DNA of 64,000 nt. Source: Bacteroidota bacterium. Its GTDB lineage: Bacteria > Bacteroidota > Bacteroidia > Chitinophagales > UBA10324. The notes below the pieces were generated by a model. It was given only the letters and a program-made list of their open reading frames with translations. It searched no databases and was not told the DNA's origin. The stretch is from contig BJGQ01000011.1 in the NCBI GenBank assembly GCA_014190575.1, forward strand, positions 5,009 to 69,008. Reading direction: 5' to 3'. Position numbers and translations under genes: made by a program. Positions 1-8,742 of the stretch are shown here, piece after piece. Within the stretch, counting starts at the first letter, position 1. Every line of letters begins with the position of its first letter.

Positions 1-120
1 CTTGTAATTCATATTGGTCTTGACATTTTCCAACGCGGAATTGTAATTCGGGTCAGCATTTTTTTTTCCGTTACAGGAGAAAAGAAAAAGAAATGCAGAA
101 AAGAAAAAAATCTGTTTCAT
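1..120 (-). CDS. lipoprotein, N-terminal fragment (gene runs off the left edge)
   Basis: Reverse-strand ATG at 120-118 opens MKQIFFFSAFLFLFSCNGKKNADPNYNSALENVKTNMNYK with no stop before position 1. It has a hydrophobic signal plus an FSC lipobox. It is absent from the ORF track because it is open-ended. Confidence 0.5.
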   Translation of the reverse strand, partial: MKQIFFFSAFLFLFSCNGKKNADPNYNSALENVKTNMNYK

Positions 121-286
121 GATGAACAAAAGTATTTGTTGAATGAAAATAAACGAGAAGAGATGCGAACATATTTTATAAAGAATAAAATTCAACCAAC
201 AATCACTATTCATATTAATTCAGCAATGTTTATTCCCTTCATTAAAAACAATTTGCAAATCCGAATAACTGCTTTATTTTTTCACC

Positions 287-721
287 ATGTTGGACGAAGA
301 AAAAAAAACCGAAAAGGTTTATTACAGCATTGGCGAAGTTGCGGCCATGTTTGATTTAAATGTATCGAATGTGCGCTACTGGGAAAATGAATTTGATATT
401 CTGATGCCGAAGAAGAATGCGAAAGGCGATCGGTTCTTCACAAAAAAAGACATTGGAAATATCCGAATCATTAAAGAACTGATAAAGGAAAGAGGCTACA
501 CTATTGAAGGCGCGAAAATCAAATTGCGCGAGAATCGTGATGAACTTCAGGAACGCATGAAAATCATAAACTCTTTGGAGAATGTAAAATCATTTCTAAA
601 TCAAATGAAGTTTCAATTGGATAATGCCGGATCAGATAACAAAAAAATTGCAGTTGCCGATGAATCAACAAACCTGCAACAAACTGTAATCACTTTTTTA
701 AATCCTGAGCAATCGGAATAA
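287..721 (+). CDS. MerR family transcriptional regulator
   Basis: N-terminal HTH YYSIGEVAAMFDLNVSNVRYWENEFD followed by a coiled-coil-like tail. It is divergent from the lipoprotein fragment at 1-120. Confidence 0.8.
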   Translation: MLDEEKKTEKVYYSIGEVAAMFDLNVSNVRYWENEFDILMPKKNAKGDRFFTKKDIGNIRIIKELIKERGYTIEGAKIKLRENRDELQERMKIINSLENVKSFLNQMKFQLDNAGSDNKKIAVADESTNLQQTVITFLNPEQSE

Positions 722-788
722 TTTTTAAAATTACTTTTCGTTTAAATATTTTAAACTTTTTTCATAAACCATCGTCTCAAGGACCTCC

Positions 789-1697
789 ATGCATCGAATT
801 CTTTATCTCGCATTCATTTTCGCTTTAAGTTCAGCCATTTTTTTTTCTTCATGCAAAAAAGATCCGTTGCTGATTGATAACCATATTGACACAACAATTA
901 TTGGAAATAATCCTCCACCATACAATGGAATTTCTGAACTACAAATAAAATTATACATCAATAAATTATATGTTGATTTGATTGGTCGCCAACCATCAGC
1001 CCAAGAACTGAATGATCAATTCGCTTTTTTAAAAACAAATAACCTGAGTATTTCTTCAAGAGGAATTATTGTTGATGGATTATTAAGCAACAGTGATTTT
1101 TATAATCGTCTGTTTGATTTAACAAGTGCCGATATGACCAATGGAATTGATACTGTTGACATAAATGATGAAGTTACTCAGTTTCATTATTTCATTTTAT
1201 ATGATTCAATAAATGGATACACGCAAAATCTCCCCTATTATTATGCAGAACTTCTTCGATTCAATAAATTAAATACTTGTGTGAATGATTTGATGAACAA
1301 TTCAATTACCCTTCGCGAATTTTATCGGATTTTTATGGATAATTATTTTTATGATCAGGTGAATATGGGAAGCGAGAATTTTGTGAAGGGAAGTTTTGAT
1401 GATTTGTATTTACGCGCTCCAACCACATCGGAATTGCAATATGCGGGTTCAATGGTTGATGGTGCATCTACAACCTTGTTTGATCAGAGCGGAACAAGCA
1501 AAGGAGATTATGAATTAATTATGGTGAACTCTCCGGAATTTACTGAAGGGTTTATTCGTAAATGTTATCGTCAGTATTTATTACGAAACCCTGCGAGCGG
1601 CGAAATGGGTTTGGAAACTCTGGCATTAAATGGTGGGCTTGATTGGAAAACGATGATAAAAAATTTGTTGAGTACTGATGAGTATGCTGGATTTTGA
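789..1697 (+). CDS. lipoprotein with three DUF4214-like repeats
   Basis: Signal peptide plus lipobox FFSSCKKD. Three segments fit the DUF4214 pattern (Y..L.GR.P...E...W/L......S.-E/D-F/Y): LYVDLIGRQPSAQEL...LLSNSDFY, FDDLYLRAPTTSELQ, and CYRQYLLRNPASGEMG...LLSTDEYAGF. Confidence 0.55.
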   Translation: MHRILYLAFIFALSSAIFFSSCKKDPLLIDNHIDTTIIGNNPPPYNGISELQIKLYINKLYVDLIGRQPSAQELNDQFAFLKTNNLSISSRGIIVDGLLSNSDFYNRLFDLTSADMTNGIDTVDINDEVTQFHYFILYDSINGYTQNLPYYYAELLRFNKLNTCVNDLMNNSITLREFYRIFMDNYFYDQVNMGSENFVKGSFDDLYLRAPTTSELQYAGSMVDGASTTLFDQSGTSKGDYELIMVNSPEFTEGFIRKCYRQYLLRNPASGEMGLETLALNGGLDWKTMIKNLLSTDEYAGF

Positions 1698-1791
1698 AAT
1701 AAATTAAAAATTGAAAACGAAAGATTAAAAATGTTTTTCTCTATCAAAAAGAAAAAGAAATCATTTTTATGAAAACAAAAAATAAATCAGA

Positions 1792-2298
1792 ATGAAAAAA
1801 TTTTTTCTACTGGGAATTATTTCTTCCACCATTTTTTCTTCGTGTAAGAAAGAAGTATTGAAACAAAATGTATATGACAATGTGTATTATGAAGTAACTC
1901 CTGTTACACTTTATACAAGCAACGCTGAAAAAAATAAACAAAAAAGCAGTTTGCAATACATCAGCATTTTATTTTCTGATTTGTTCAATCAAAGTATTCC
2001 TGGTTCTGATTTGAATAACATTGGTGAAGCCATTCTGAGTATTGGCGATAAAGGGTTAGCGAACCAAATGATATTGGAGCGTTTTCTAACACTACCGGGA
2101 ATTTCAATTCCAACACAAACACAAATGAATGCAGACTTAAATTCATTTATCACTTCAGCATACCAAAGATTTTATTTACGCAACCCAACCGAATACGAAA
2201 AAATTTATTTGAAAAATTTAATTCAGAACGATACCAATATCACCCCGGAAATTGTGTATGCAGCATTTGCACTTTCTAACGAATACATGTTCTACTAA
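1792..2298 (+). CDS. lipoprotein with DUF4214-like repeats
   Basis: Lipobox IFSSCKKE. Repeat-like segments are LFSDLFNQSIPGSDLNNIGEAIL and AYQRFYLRNPTEYEKIYL...ALSNEYMFY, the same motif as the upstream gene. Confidence 0.5.
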   Translation: MKKFFLLGIISSTIFSSCKKEVLKQNVYDNVYYEVTPVTLYTSNAEKNKQKSSLQYISILFSDLFNQSIPGSDLNNIGEAILSIGDKGLANQMILERFLTLPGISIPTQTQMNADLNSFITSAYQRFYLRNPTEYEKIYLKNLIQNDTNITPEIVYAAFALSNEYMFY

Positions 2299-2311
2299 AA
2301 AAAATTTATTT

Positions 2312-3643
2312 ATGAAACGCAGATCATTTATTAAAAAAGCAAGCATCGCTACAGCCGGAACATTTTTTGCACCTTACATTTTACCAAGCGGGCGATTGTT
2401 TGCAGCTGCCGGAGACAGGGTTGTGAATCATGTGGTGTTGGTATTATTTGCAGGAGGAGTTCGTCATCAGGAATCTGTTGAGCAAGCCTACTTAACATAT
2501 CAGGGTTCCAACGCAGGAAACATTATGCAGAACATGTTTACTGGTGCAGCACCGAGCAGTAATTTACTTTACAATCCGTGGAATCCGATTCAAGGTTCAT
2601 CATTGGCATCGCAAGGAACATTTTTTAAAGAATTGCAATATGCGCAAGGTCCAACCGGTCACTACAACGGACATACAGCTGCCATTACTGGAAATTATAC
2701 TGATGTTGGAACTAATCTCGCTATCAATCCTGATTTTCCTACTGTATTTGAATATTACCGTCGACACAATGATCCCGCAAAGAGTGCTATTAATACCTGG
2801 TGGATGAGTGAAGGTTTAGGACCATATCCGGCACTTAATTATAGTAAACATGGAATGTACGGGCCCATGTATGGCGCAAATTATTTTAGACCATATTCTA
2901 CTTTTGGAAATATTGGTTTGGATTATTTGAACAACGGGCTTACGCTTCAACCGGATGATGTTGGGCGATTGAATACAATGAAAAATTTCTTCGACAGCAA
3001 CTTCGACAAGTCTGCTTCTGATCTTCCGGGAATAATAAATAATTCAACAGACAGAGAAACCATTCATGCGTTCATGAAAGATGTGTTAAACAGAACTCAA
3101 AATGGAACGGTGGAATTTCCTTTGCCAAATGGTGTTTCAACAGGAGAAATGACCGGCGACTTAATCAATATTCAATATACTTGGGAAGTACTCAAAAATT
3201 TTCACCCTGAATTAACGGTCATCAACACTTTCAACTTAGATACATGCCATTCTGATTTTACAGGTTATTTAAAAAACATGCACAAAGCAGATTATGGAGT
3301 TGGTTGGTTATGGAATAAAATTCAAAGCGATCCTGTTTTACAAAACGATACCATTATGATTTGCATGCCTGATCATGGAAGAAATGATTTGCCGAATAAT
3401 GTTTATGATGCAAATGGTTTGCGTGCTTTTGATCATACATCCGACGACAATTCGCGTCGCGTGTTTGCATTAATAGTTGGGCCTTCTGCTAAAGTGAATC
3501 AGAATTTAGTTTTAGGTAGTGCAGGAAATCCAGTTGGTCAAACAATAGATATTGTTCCGACTATCGCACACATACTCGGATTTTACGATCAGATTGCGAG
3601 CGGCATGTTGCCAGGGCAGGTTTTAACTCAGGCGTTTATTTAA
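2312..3643 (+). CDS. Tat-exported DUF1501-like protein (alkaline phosphatase/sulfatase superfamily)
   Basis: I prefer the internal ATG at 2312, which gives the twin-arginine signal MKRRSFIKKASIATAGTFF. VVLVLFAGGVRHQES resembles the DUF1501 N-terminal core. MPDHGRND lies near the C-terminus. The track start at 2252 overlaps the upstream gene. Confidence 0.55.
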   Translation: MKRRSFIKKASIATAGTFFAPYILPSGRLFAAAGDRVVNHVVLVLFAGGVRHQESVEQAYLTYQGSNAGNIMQNMFTGAAPSSNLLYNPWNPIQGSSLASQGTFFKELQYAQGPTGHYNGHTAAITGNYTDVGTNLAINPDFPTVFEYYRRHNDPAKSAINTWWMSEGLGPYPALNYSKHGMYGPMYGANYFRPYSTFGNIGLDYLNNGLTLQPDDVGRLNTMKNFFDSNFDKSASDLPGIINNSTDRETIHAFMKDVLNRTQNGTVEFPLPNGVSTGEMTGDLINIQYTWEVLKNFHPELTVINTFNLDTCHSDFTGYLKNMHKADYGVGWLWNKIQSDPVLQNDTIMICMPDHGRNDLPNNVYDANGLRAFDHTSDDNSRRVFALIVGPSAKVNQNLVLGSAGNPVGQTIDIVPTIAHILGFYDQIASGMLPGQVLTQAFI

Positions 3644-3718
3644 AAGAAATTTAATTTATAAAAACACATCCTCAATAAATATTTCTTTAAAAAGTTAATT
3701 GAAAATGAAAGGAAAAAT

Positions 3719-4666
3719 ATGATTAAGAAAACTCTGGTTCTCGTTGGATGCGTTGTAATAATTTTTTCTTGCAAGAAAACTGTTACAACATTGCAGGGAA
3801 CTATTGTAGAAAATCCTTACGACACAATAAATTATGACAACACCGGAATTCCTGATGTGCCAATTGATTCCAATTCGTTTCTCGGAATTCATAAATACAT
3901 TATCAGTGTGAAGTGCGCAGTGCCCGGTTGCCACGATGGAAATTTTGAACCCGATTTCAGAACTGTGCAGAGTTCTTATTATACTTTAGTTTTTGCTCCG
4001 GTTAAAAAAAATAATATTGATTCAACTTTTACTTATCGGGTTGTTCCGCATGATACTACATTGAGTTGGTTGCACGAACGAATTACAACTGACGATGCTG
4101 TTCTTGGAAGAATGCCACTGTATGATACTCTTCAAAAATCGCAAATTCAAATAATTACCAACTGGATTAACTCTGGCGCAAAAGATATTTTCGGTAATGA
4201 AATGAACCAGGCGAATGCTGAACCGGCATTTTTTGGTTTGGTTGCTTACTTACCTAACAGTGGGAATCAACGAATTGATTCGATCAGAGGAGCATCTTCG
4301 TATTACCCTTTTTATGCCCCTGCAAATTCTGATGTTGAAATATGGATGGGTTTATATGATGATATTACTCTACCACCATTTTTCACTTACAACAAAATTA
4401 AATTCAGTACCGACCCTAATAATTTTCCAAATGTTACCGCTAATTCAATGACAGTTGAAATCAATCCGTTTTATGCACCGGGTTGGGGATGGGGACCTGC
4501 TCCATACTTTTTACATTATACAATTAATACCGGGCAATGGAATGTTGGCGATATAGTTTACATACGCGCTTATGTTCAGGATGGGCAGCATTCTTCACCG
4601 ACTGAAATTCCTTCCAGTTCCGCACCCGCATATTTTCAATTGTTTTGTTCATTCAAGGTTCAATAA
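3719..4666 (+). CDS. lipoprotein with PSCyt1-like (planctomycete cytochrome c-like) N-terminal domain carrying CX4CH
   Basis: Lipobox IFSCKKT. KCAVPGCHDGNFEPDF is followed by GRMPLYDTLQKSQIQIITNWINSGAKD, which matches the PSCyt1 layout (C..CH ... MP ... L ... WI..GA). There are four rather than two residues between the Cys pair. Confidence 0.45.
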   Translation: MIKKTLVLVGCVVIIFSCKKTVTTLQGTIVENPYDTINYDNTGIPDVPIDSNSFLGIHKYIISVKCAVPGCHDGNFEPDFRTVQSSYYTLVFAPVKKNNIDSTFTYRVVPHDTTLSWLHERITTDDAVLGRMPLYDTLQKSQIQIITNWINSGAKDIFGNEMNQANAEPAFFGLVAYLPNSGNQRIDSIRGASSYYPFYAPANSDVEIWMGLYDDITLPPFFTYNKIKFSTDPNNFPNVTANSMTVEINPFYAPGWGWGPAPYFLHYTINTGQWNVGDIVYIRAYVQDGQHSSPTEIPSSSAPAYFQLFCSFKVQ

Positions 4667-4702
4667 ACTAATTTGATGATTTTGAAATTTGATAGTTTGA
4701 TA

Positions 4703-5206
4703 ATGAAAACCAACAAAATAAATTTTATAAAACTAAAATTATTCGGTGCCTCTGTTTCTCTGCGGTTAGTTTTTATTGCAGCCTTTGTTTTTTCTGCCTG
4801 TAAAAAAGATAAAAGCAACGATCCCATTCCGAAGGCGAGCACTACGCCTGTTATTGAATTAGTGAGCGTTTCTCCTACTTCTGTACATGCATTGCAAGAT
4901 GCAATTGTGTTTACAATTTCTTATACTGATGGCGATGGTGATTTAGGTTTTACCGATGCCGATTCAATGTCGGTTTTTATTACAGATAAAAGATTTCCAC
5001 TTACCATTAATTTTCATTTGCAACCACTCAGTCCTTTGAATACAACAATTTCTATAAAAGGAAATCTTCCGATTGTACTGAACAATACCATTCTTCAAAA
5101 TAATTCTTCCACTTCTGAAGGCGCTGTATTTGAAATTCAGATTCGCGACAGAGCAAATCATTATAGCAATGTAATAACTACTCCGGCAATTACTGTTTTG
5201 CCTTGA
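4703..5206 (+). CDS. small lipoprotein, unknown function
   Basis: I prefer the ATG at 4703 (MKTNKINF...). Lipobox VFSACKKDK. The rest looks beta-rich with an acidic DGDGDLGFTDADS loop. No family recognised. Confidence 0.45.
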   Translation: MKTNKINFIKLKLFGASVSLRLVFIAAFVFSACKKDKSNDPIPKASTTPVIELVSVSPTSVHALQDAIVFTISYTDGDGDLGFTDADSMSVFITDKRFPLTINFHLQPLSPLNTTISIKGNLPIVLNNTILQNNSSTSEGAVFEIQIRDRANHYSNVITTPAITVLP

Positions 5207-5284
5207 ATATTCTGTTCAAGCAAAATTCTATTAACAAATAACTAACACTTCAATTCTGAAATATTAAATACTGAATTCAGCCAT

Positions 5285-5292
5285 TAAGTTTG
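5285..5292 (+). promoter_or_regulatory. Bacteroidota-type -7 promoter box for purC
   Basis: TAAGTTTG matches TAnnTTTG, 18 nt upstream of the ATG. Confidence 0.45.
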
Positions 5293-5309
5293 CGCGACAA
5301 AATTTTTTC

Positions 5310-6257
5310 ATGAGCGCTATTTATCAAACCAATTTTCAATTTCCGAAGCAAACAAAATTTTATCGCGGTAAGGTGCGCGATGTATATACCATTGATAATA
5401 AATTCCTGGTGATGGTGGCGAGTGATCGCATCAGTGCATTTGATGTTATTCTTCCGAAACCAATTCCATGTAAGGGACAAGTATTGAATCAGGTAGCAAC
5501 ACATTTTTTAAATCTCACAAAAGATATAGTACCGAATTGGTTGCTTGCAACACCTGATGCAAATGTTGCCATCGGAAAAATGTGTGAGCCATTTAAAGTA
5601 GAGATGGTGATTCGTGGTTATGTAACAGGTCATGCAGCACGCGAATACAAATTGGGTAAGCGACAAATTTGTGGGGTTCCAATGCCTGATGGCATGAATG
5701 AAAATGATAAATTTCCTGAACCTATAATTACTCCTACAACAAAAGCTGAAGAAGGTCACGACGAAGATATTTCAAGAGAAGAAATTATAAGCAGTGGATT
5801 AGTAAGCGAAAGTGATTATGTGCAATTGGAAAATTACACACGCGCACTTTTTAAATTCGGTAGCGAAGAAGCAAATCGTCGTGGTTTAATTCTCGTTGAT
5901 ACAAAGTATGAGTTCGGAATGGCAGACGGAAAAATTTATCTCATTGATGAAATTCATACACCTGATAGTAGTCGATATTTTTATTCAGATGGATATAAAG
6001 AAAAACAAAGCTCTGGTGAACCACAAAAACAATTATCGAAAGAGTTTGTTCGTGAATGGTTAATAGAAAATAATTTCATGGGAAAAGAAGGTCAGCAGAT
6101 TCCGGAAATGCCTGAAGAGTTTGTGCAAACAGTAACCAATCGCTACATAGAATTGTTTGAGCAGATAACCGGAAAAAAGTTTCAACCTGACACTTCCTCA
6201 AATCCAGAAGAGCGAATCAGAAAAAATATTTCTGAATGGATTGATCAGAATGTTTAA
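5310..6257 (+). CDS. purC: phosphoribosylaminoimidazole-succinocarboxamide synthase (SAICAR synthetase)
   Basis: [25 protein letters not shown] and [10 protein letters not shown] motifs at the typical ~315 aa length. Confidence 0.92.
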   Translation: MSAIYQTNFQFPKQTKFYRGKVRDVYTIDNKFLVMVASDRISAFDVILPKPIPCKGQVLNQVATHFLNLTKDIVPNWLLATPDANVAIGKMCEPFKVEMVIRGYVTGHAAREYKLGKRQICGVPMPDGMNENDKFPEPIITPTTKAEEGHDEDISREEIISSGLVSESDYVQLENYTRALFKFGSEEANRRGLILVDTKYEFGMADGKIYLIDEIHTPDSSRYFYSDGYKEKQSSGEPQKQLSKEFVREWLIENNFMGKEGQQIPEMPEEFVQTVTNRYIELFEQITGKKFQPDTSSNPEERIRKNISEWIDQNV

Positions 6258-6288
6258 CTCAAATCAGAAAATAAATTCAAACTGAATT

Positions 6289-8436
6289 TTATCTGAGTAA
6301 AGTAACATTTCCGGTTATCGATTTTTTCTCGCCGTTTATAAAGGTAGCGTTCATGTAATAAATGTAAACGCCAACTTCCTGTTCTTCACCATTGAATGTT
6401 CCATTCCAACCAATGCTTATGGCAGGAGAATTAATCTGATATACAATTTCTCCCCAGCGGTTAAAAATGGTCATATCATATTGGGTAATTCTGTATCCAA
6501 GAGGTCTGAAAATATCGTTTATGTTATCTCCATTAGGTGAAAAAGCCGAAGGCATTATAACATCACAATTAATTGCAGCAAGCATTGTATCATAACCAAG
6601 GCAACCAAAATTATTTACAATGACAGAATAATAAGTATCGTGATCAGGAATCGGCGGATTTATAACCTGAGTTGTTTCGCCGGTTGACCATTGATAAGTT
6701 GTTCCGGGATAACCGGCATCTAAAATTATTTTTTCATTTTTACAAACATCAGTATCATTTCCTAAATTAACATCAGGAACAAAATGAATAATGATTGGAA
6801 TTGTTTTAGTATCAGAGCCACACAAACTATCAGTAACAGTCAGTGAAACAATGTATTGACCATCGACATTAAAAACATTGCTCGGGTCATTACTGATAGA
6901 AGTTTGCTGATCACCAAAATTCCAATCCCAAGCAATTGGATTATTAGTTGATTCATCTGTGAAATCAATAGGTGAACCAACACAACCTTCTAACGGACTG
7001 AATGAAAAATTTGCAACAATATTTGGAAGAATAGAAATGTTTTGAGTTGCGGTATCGATACATCCTGCACTATTATTTATAATTAAGGTAACTGTATAAT
7101 TACCGATTGGTGTATAATTATGACTTGCAGCAGGTGTAACTGAAGTGTTTCCATCACCAAATGACCATAAATAATTGTTTACAGAACCAGTTGAAGTAGA
7201 TGAAAAATTTACTGGAGAATTATCGCATAAAGCTGCAGGTGCAACACTAAATGAAGCATTGAAGGGGGTGGATGAAATAGTGAAAGAGTGTGACAGTGAA
7301 CATCCTAAACTGTTTATTAATGTAACTGTATATTGACCAGCAGATAAATTATTTAATGTATCAGGAACTTGATTAGTATTACCCGACCCCAAAATTGCGC
7401 CTGATGAATTTTGCCATACAAAGGACCATGAAGTTGTATCCTGTGGTGTAAATACAGCATAGCCATCTTGTGATTGCGGGCAGGTTGCGTTTACCTGAGA
7501 ATATGAAACAGAACCTAATGCAACAGTTACGATCATAGTATCAGTATAAGTATTGCCATTACATAAATCAACAGAAGCAACATATGTAGTTGTAACAACT
7601 GGGGTCACATCTATGTCGGTGCCATATCCTATAACATTTCCATTTTGCAACCATGTTACTCCGCTTGGAATAAAAGCAGTTGCTTCATTTGATGCAGTCC
7701 ATTGTGTTGAATTTCTTCCTGGGTTTACAAATGCAACAGTTCCATCAATGTTGTGAACACCCTGTGTTCCTGTTCCGTTTGCCCATGCCAAACAATTTGG
7801 TTTGTCTTGTAAATAATTCTCAATAATATTTGAACCTTCATAAATTGCAATTTGAAAAGTACCATAAGTTGTCGTACAAGAAAACATAGGACAATCAATC
7901 CATGAAACAATAAATACTCTATTTGGTGCAGTGCCTAAAGTAGTATCTCTCACAAAACCACCATTTCCACCACCACCCGGATACCAATCTTGCCACGGAC
8001 CCATGATGCAATTTTTGGGAACATCGGGAGAAGCGTTTGGAATTGTTGTGGAAGTATATGTTGTAGGTTGATTAGGTGAAAAGGTTATCCAACCATTTGT
8101 TCCAATAAAACATTGTGTGTATTCCTGACCAAGAAAACAAAATGAAAAGCCCAAATCAATTGCTGAATCAGTAACACAATCATCACAATTTGTAAAGGGC
8201 ATGTTTGTTCCAGAGTTACCAGAGCCATATGGAATAGTTCCAGTATACGGATATGGATTATACGGAATGGTGTCAAAAGTATAACTGGTGGTTCCAAGCA
8301 CACCAACAGTTGTTGCATGCAAATGAATTAATGATGATGCACAGATTAAGGTATCGTTCCCAATATTTATTTGTGCATTTGATTGTATAAAAAATCCGAT
8401 TACCAAAATTATCGTTGCAAAAATTTTCTTATTCAA
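6289..8436 (-). CDS. T9SS type B sorting-domain protein with PKD repeats
   Basis: Signal peptide ending SNAQ. PKD-like repeats WSFGDGNTS and WNFGDQQTS. C-terminus MPSAFSPNGDNINDIFRP...NRWGEIVY...WNG matches the gliding-motility-associated C-terminal (type B) domain. Confidence 0.8.
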   Translation of the reverse strand: MNKKIFATIILVIGFFIQSNAQINIGNDTLICASSLIHLHATTVGVLGTTSYTFDTIPYNPYPYTGTIPYGSGNSGTNMPFTNCDDCVTDSAIDLGFSFCFLGQEYTQCFIGTNGWITFSPNQPTTYTSTTIPNASPDVPKNCIMGPWQDWYPGGGGNGGFVRDTTLGTAPNRVFIVSWIDCPMFSCTTTYGTFQIAIYEGSNIIENYLQDKPNCLAWANGTGTQGVHNIDGTVAFVNPGRNSTQWTASNEATAFIPSGVTWLQNGNVIGYGTDIDVTPVVTTTYVASVDLCNGNTYTDTMIVTVALGSVSYSQVNATCPQSQDGYAVFTPQDTTSWSFVWQNSSGAILGSGNTNQVPDTLNNLSAGQYTVTLINSLGCSLSHSFTISSTPFNASFSVAPAALCDNSPVNFSSTSTGSVNNYLWSFGDGNTSVTPAASHNYTPIGNYTVTLIINNSAGCIDTATQNISILPNIVANFSFSPLEGCVGSPIDFTDESTNNPIAWDWNFGDQQTSISNDPSNVFNVDGQYIVSLTVTDSLCGSDTKTIPIIIHFVPDVNLGNDTDVCKNEKIILDAGYPGTTYQWSTGETTQVINPPIPDHDTYYSVIVNNFGCLGYDTMLAAINCDVIMPSAFSPNGDNINDIFRPLGYRITQYDMTIFNRWGEIVYQINSPAISIGWNGTFNGEEQEVGVYIYYMNATFINGEKKSITGNVTLLR

Positions 8437-8715
8437 CTTGAATTATTTTTTTCAAAAGTAATCAACAGATTTATAGAGTAATCAATTTCCTTTAAAATAT
8501 TTTTCTGTTTAACAAGTAAGAATATTTACAATTAAAATTCAGTTTTTACGAATGGTTTAAATTGGAAAATGTTTGCACTTCAACAAAATTTTAGTTTTGA
8601 AAAATAACAGACATTAAAATGGCCTTTGCTATAAAACCAATTGATAAAAATGCCTATTTAATTCGTTGATGTATTATAAATCTAAAGCTTTACTTCATTC
8701 ACAATCGCTTGCTTC

Positions 8716-8723
8716 TATATTTG
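8716..8723 (+). promoter_or_regulatory. -7 promoter box for the DPP-IV gene
   Basis: TATATTTG, 20 nt upstream of the ATG. Confidence 0.45.
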
Positions 8724-8742
8724 TTCAACAAAGAAATTCTTC

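Noticed and set aside
136-354. 72-aa + ORF upstream of and overlapping the MerR gene.
   Set aside because: It overlaps the MerR start region. It is Lys/Ile/Asn-rich as expected from AT-rich promoter DNA and shows no motif.
2252-2311. Longer N-terminus for the DUF1501-like gene as given in the ORF track.
   Set aside because: It overlaps the end of the upstream gene. It would also bury the twin-arginine signal, which starts exactly at the ATG at 2312.
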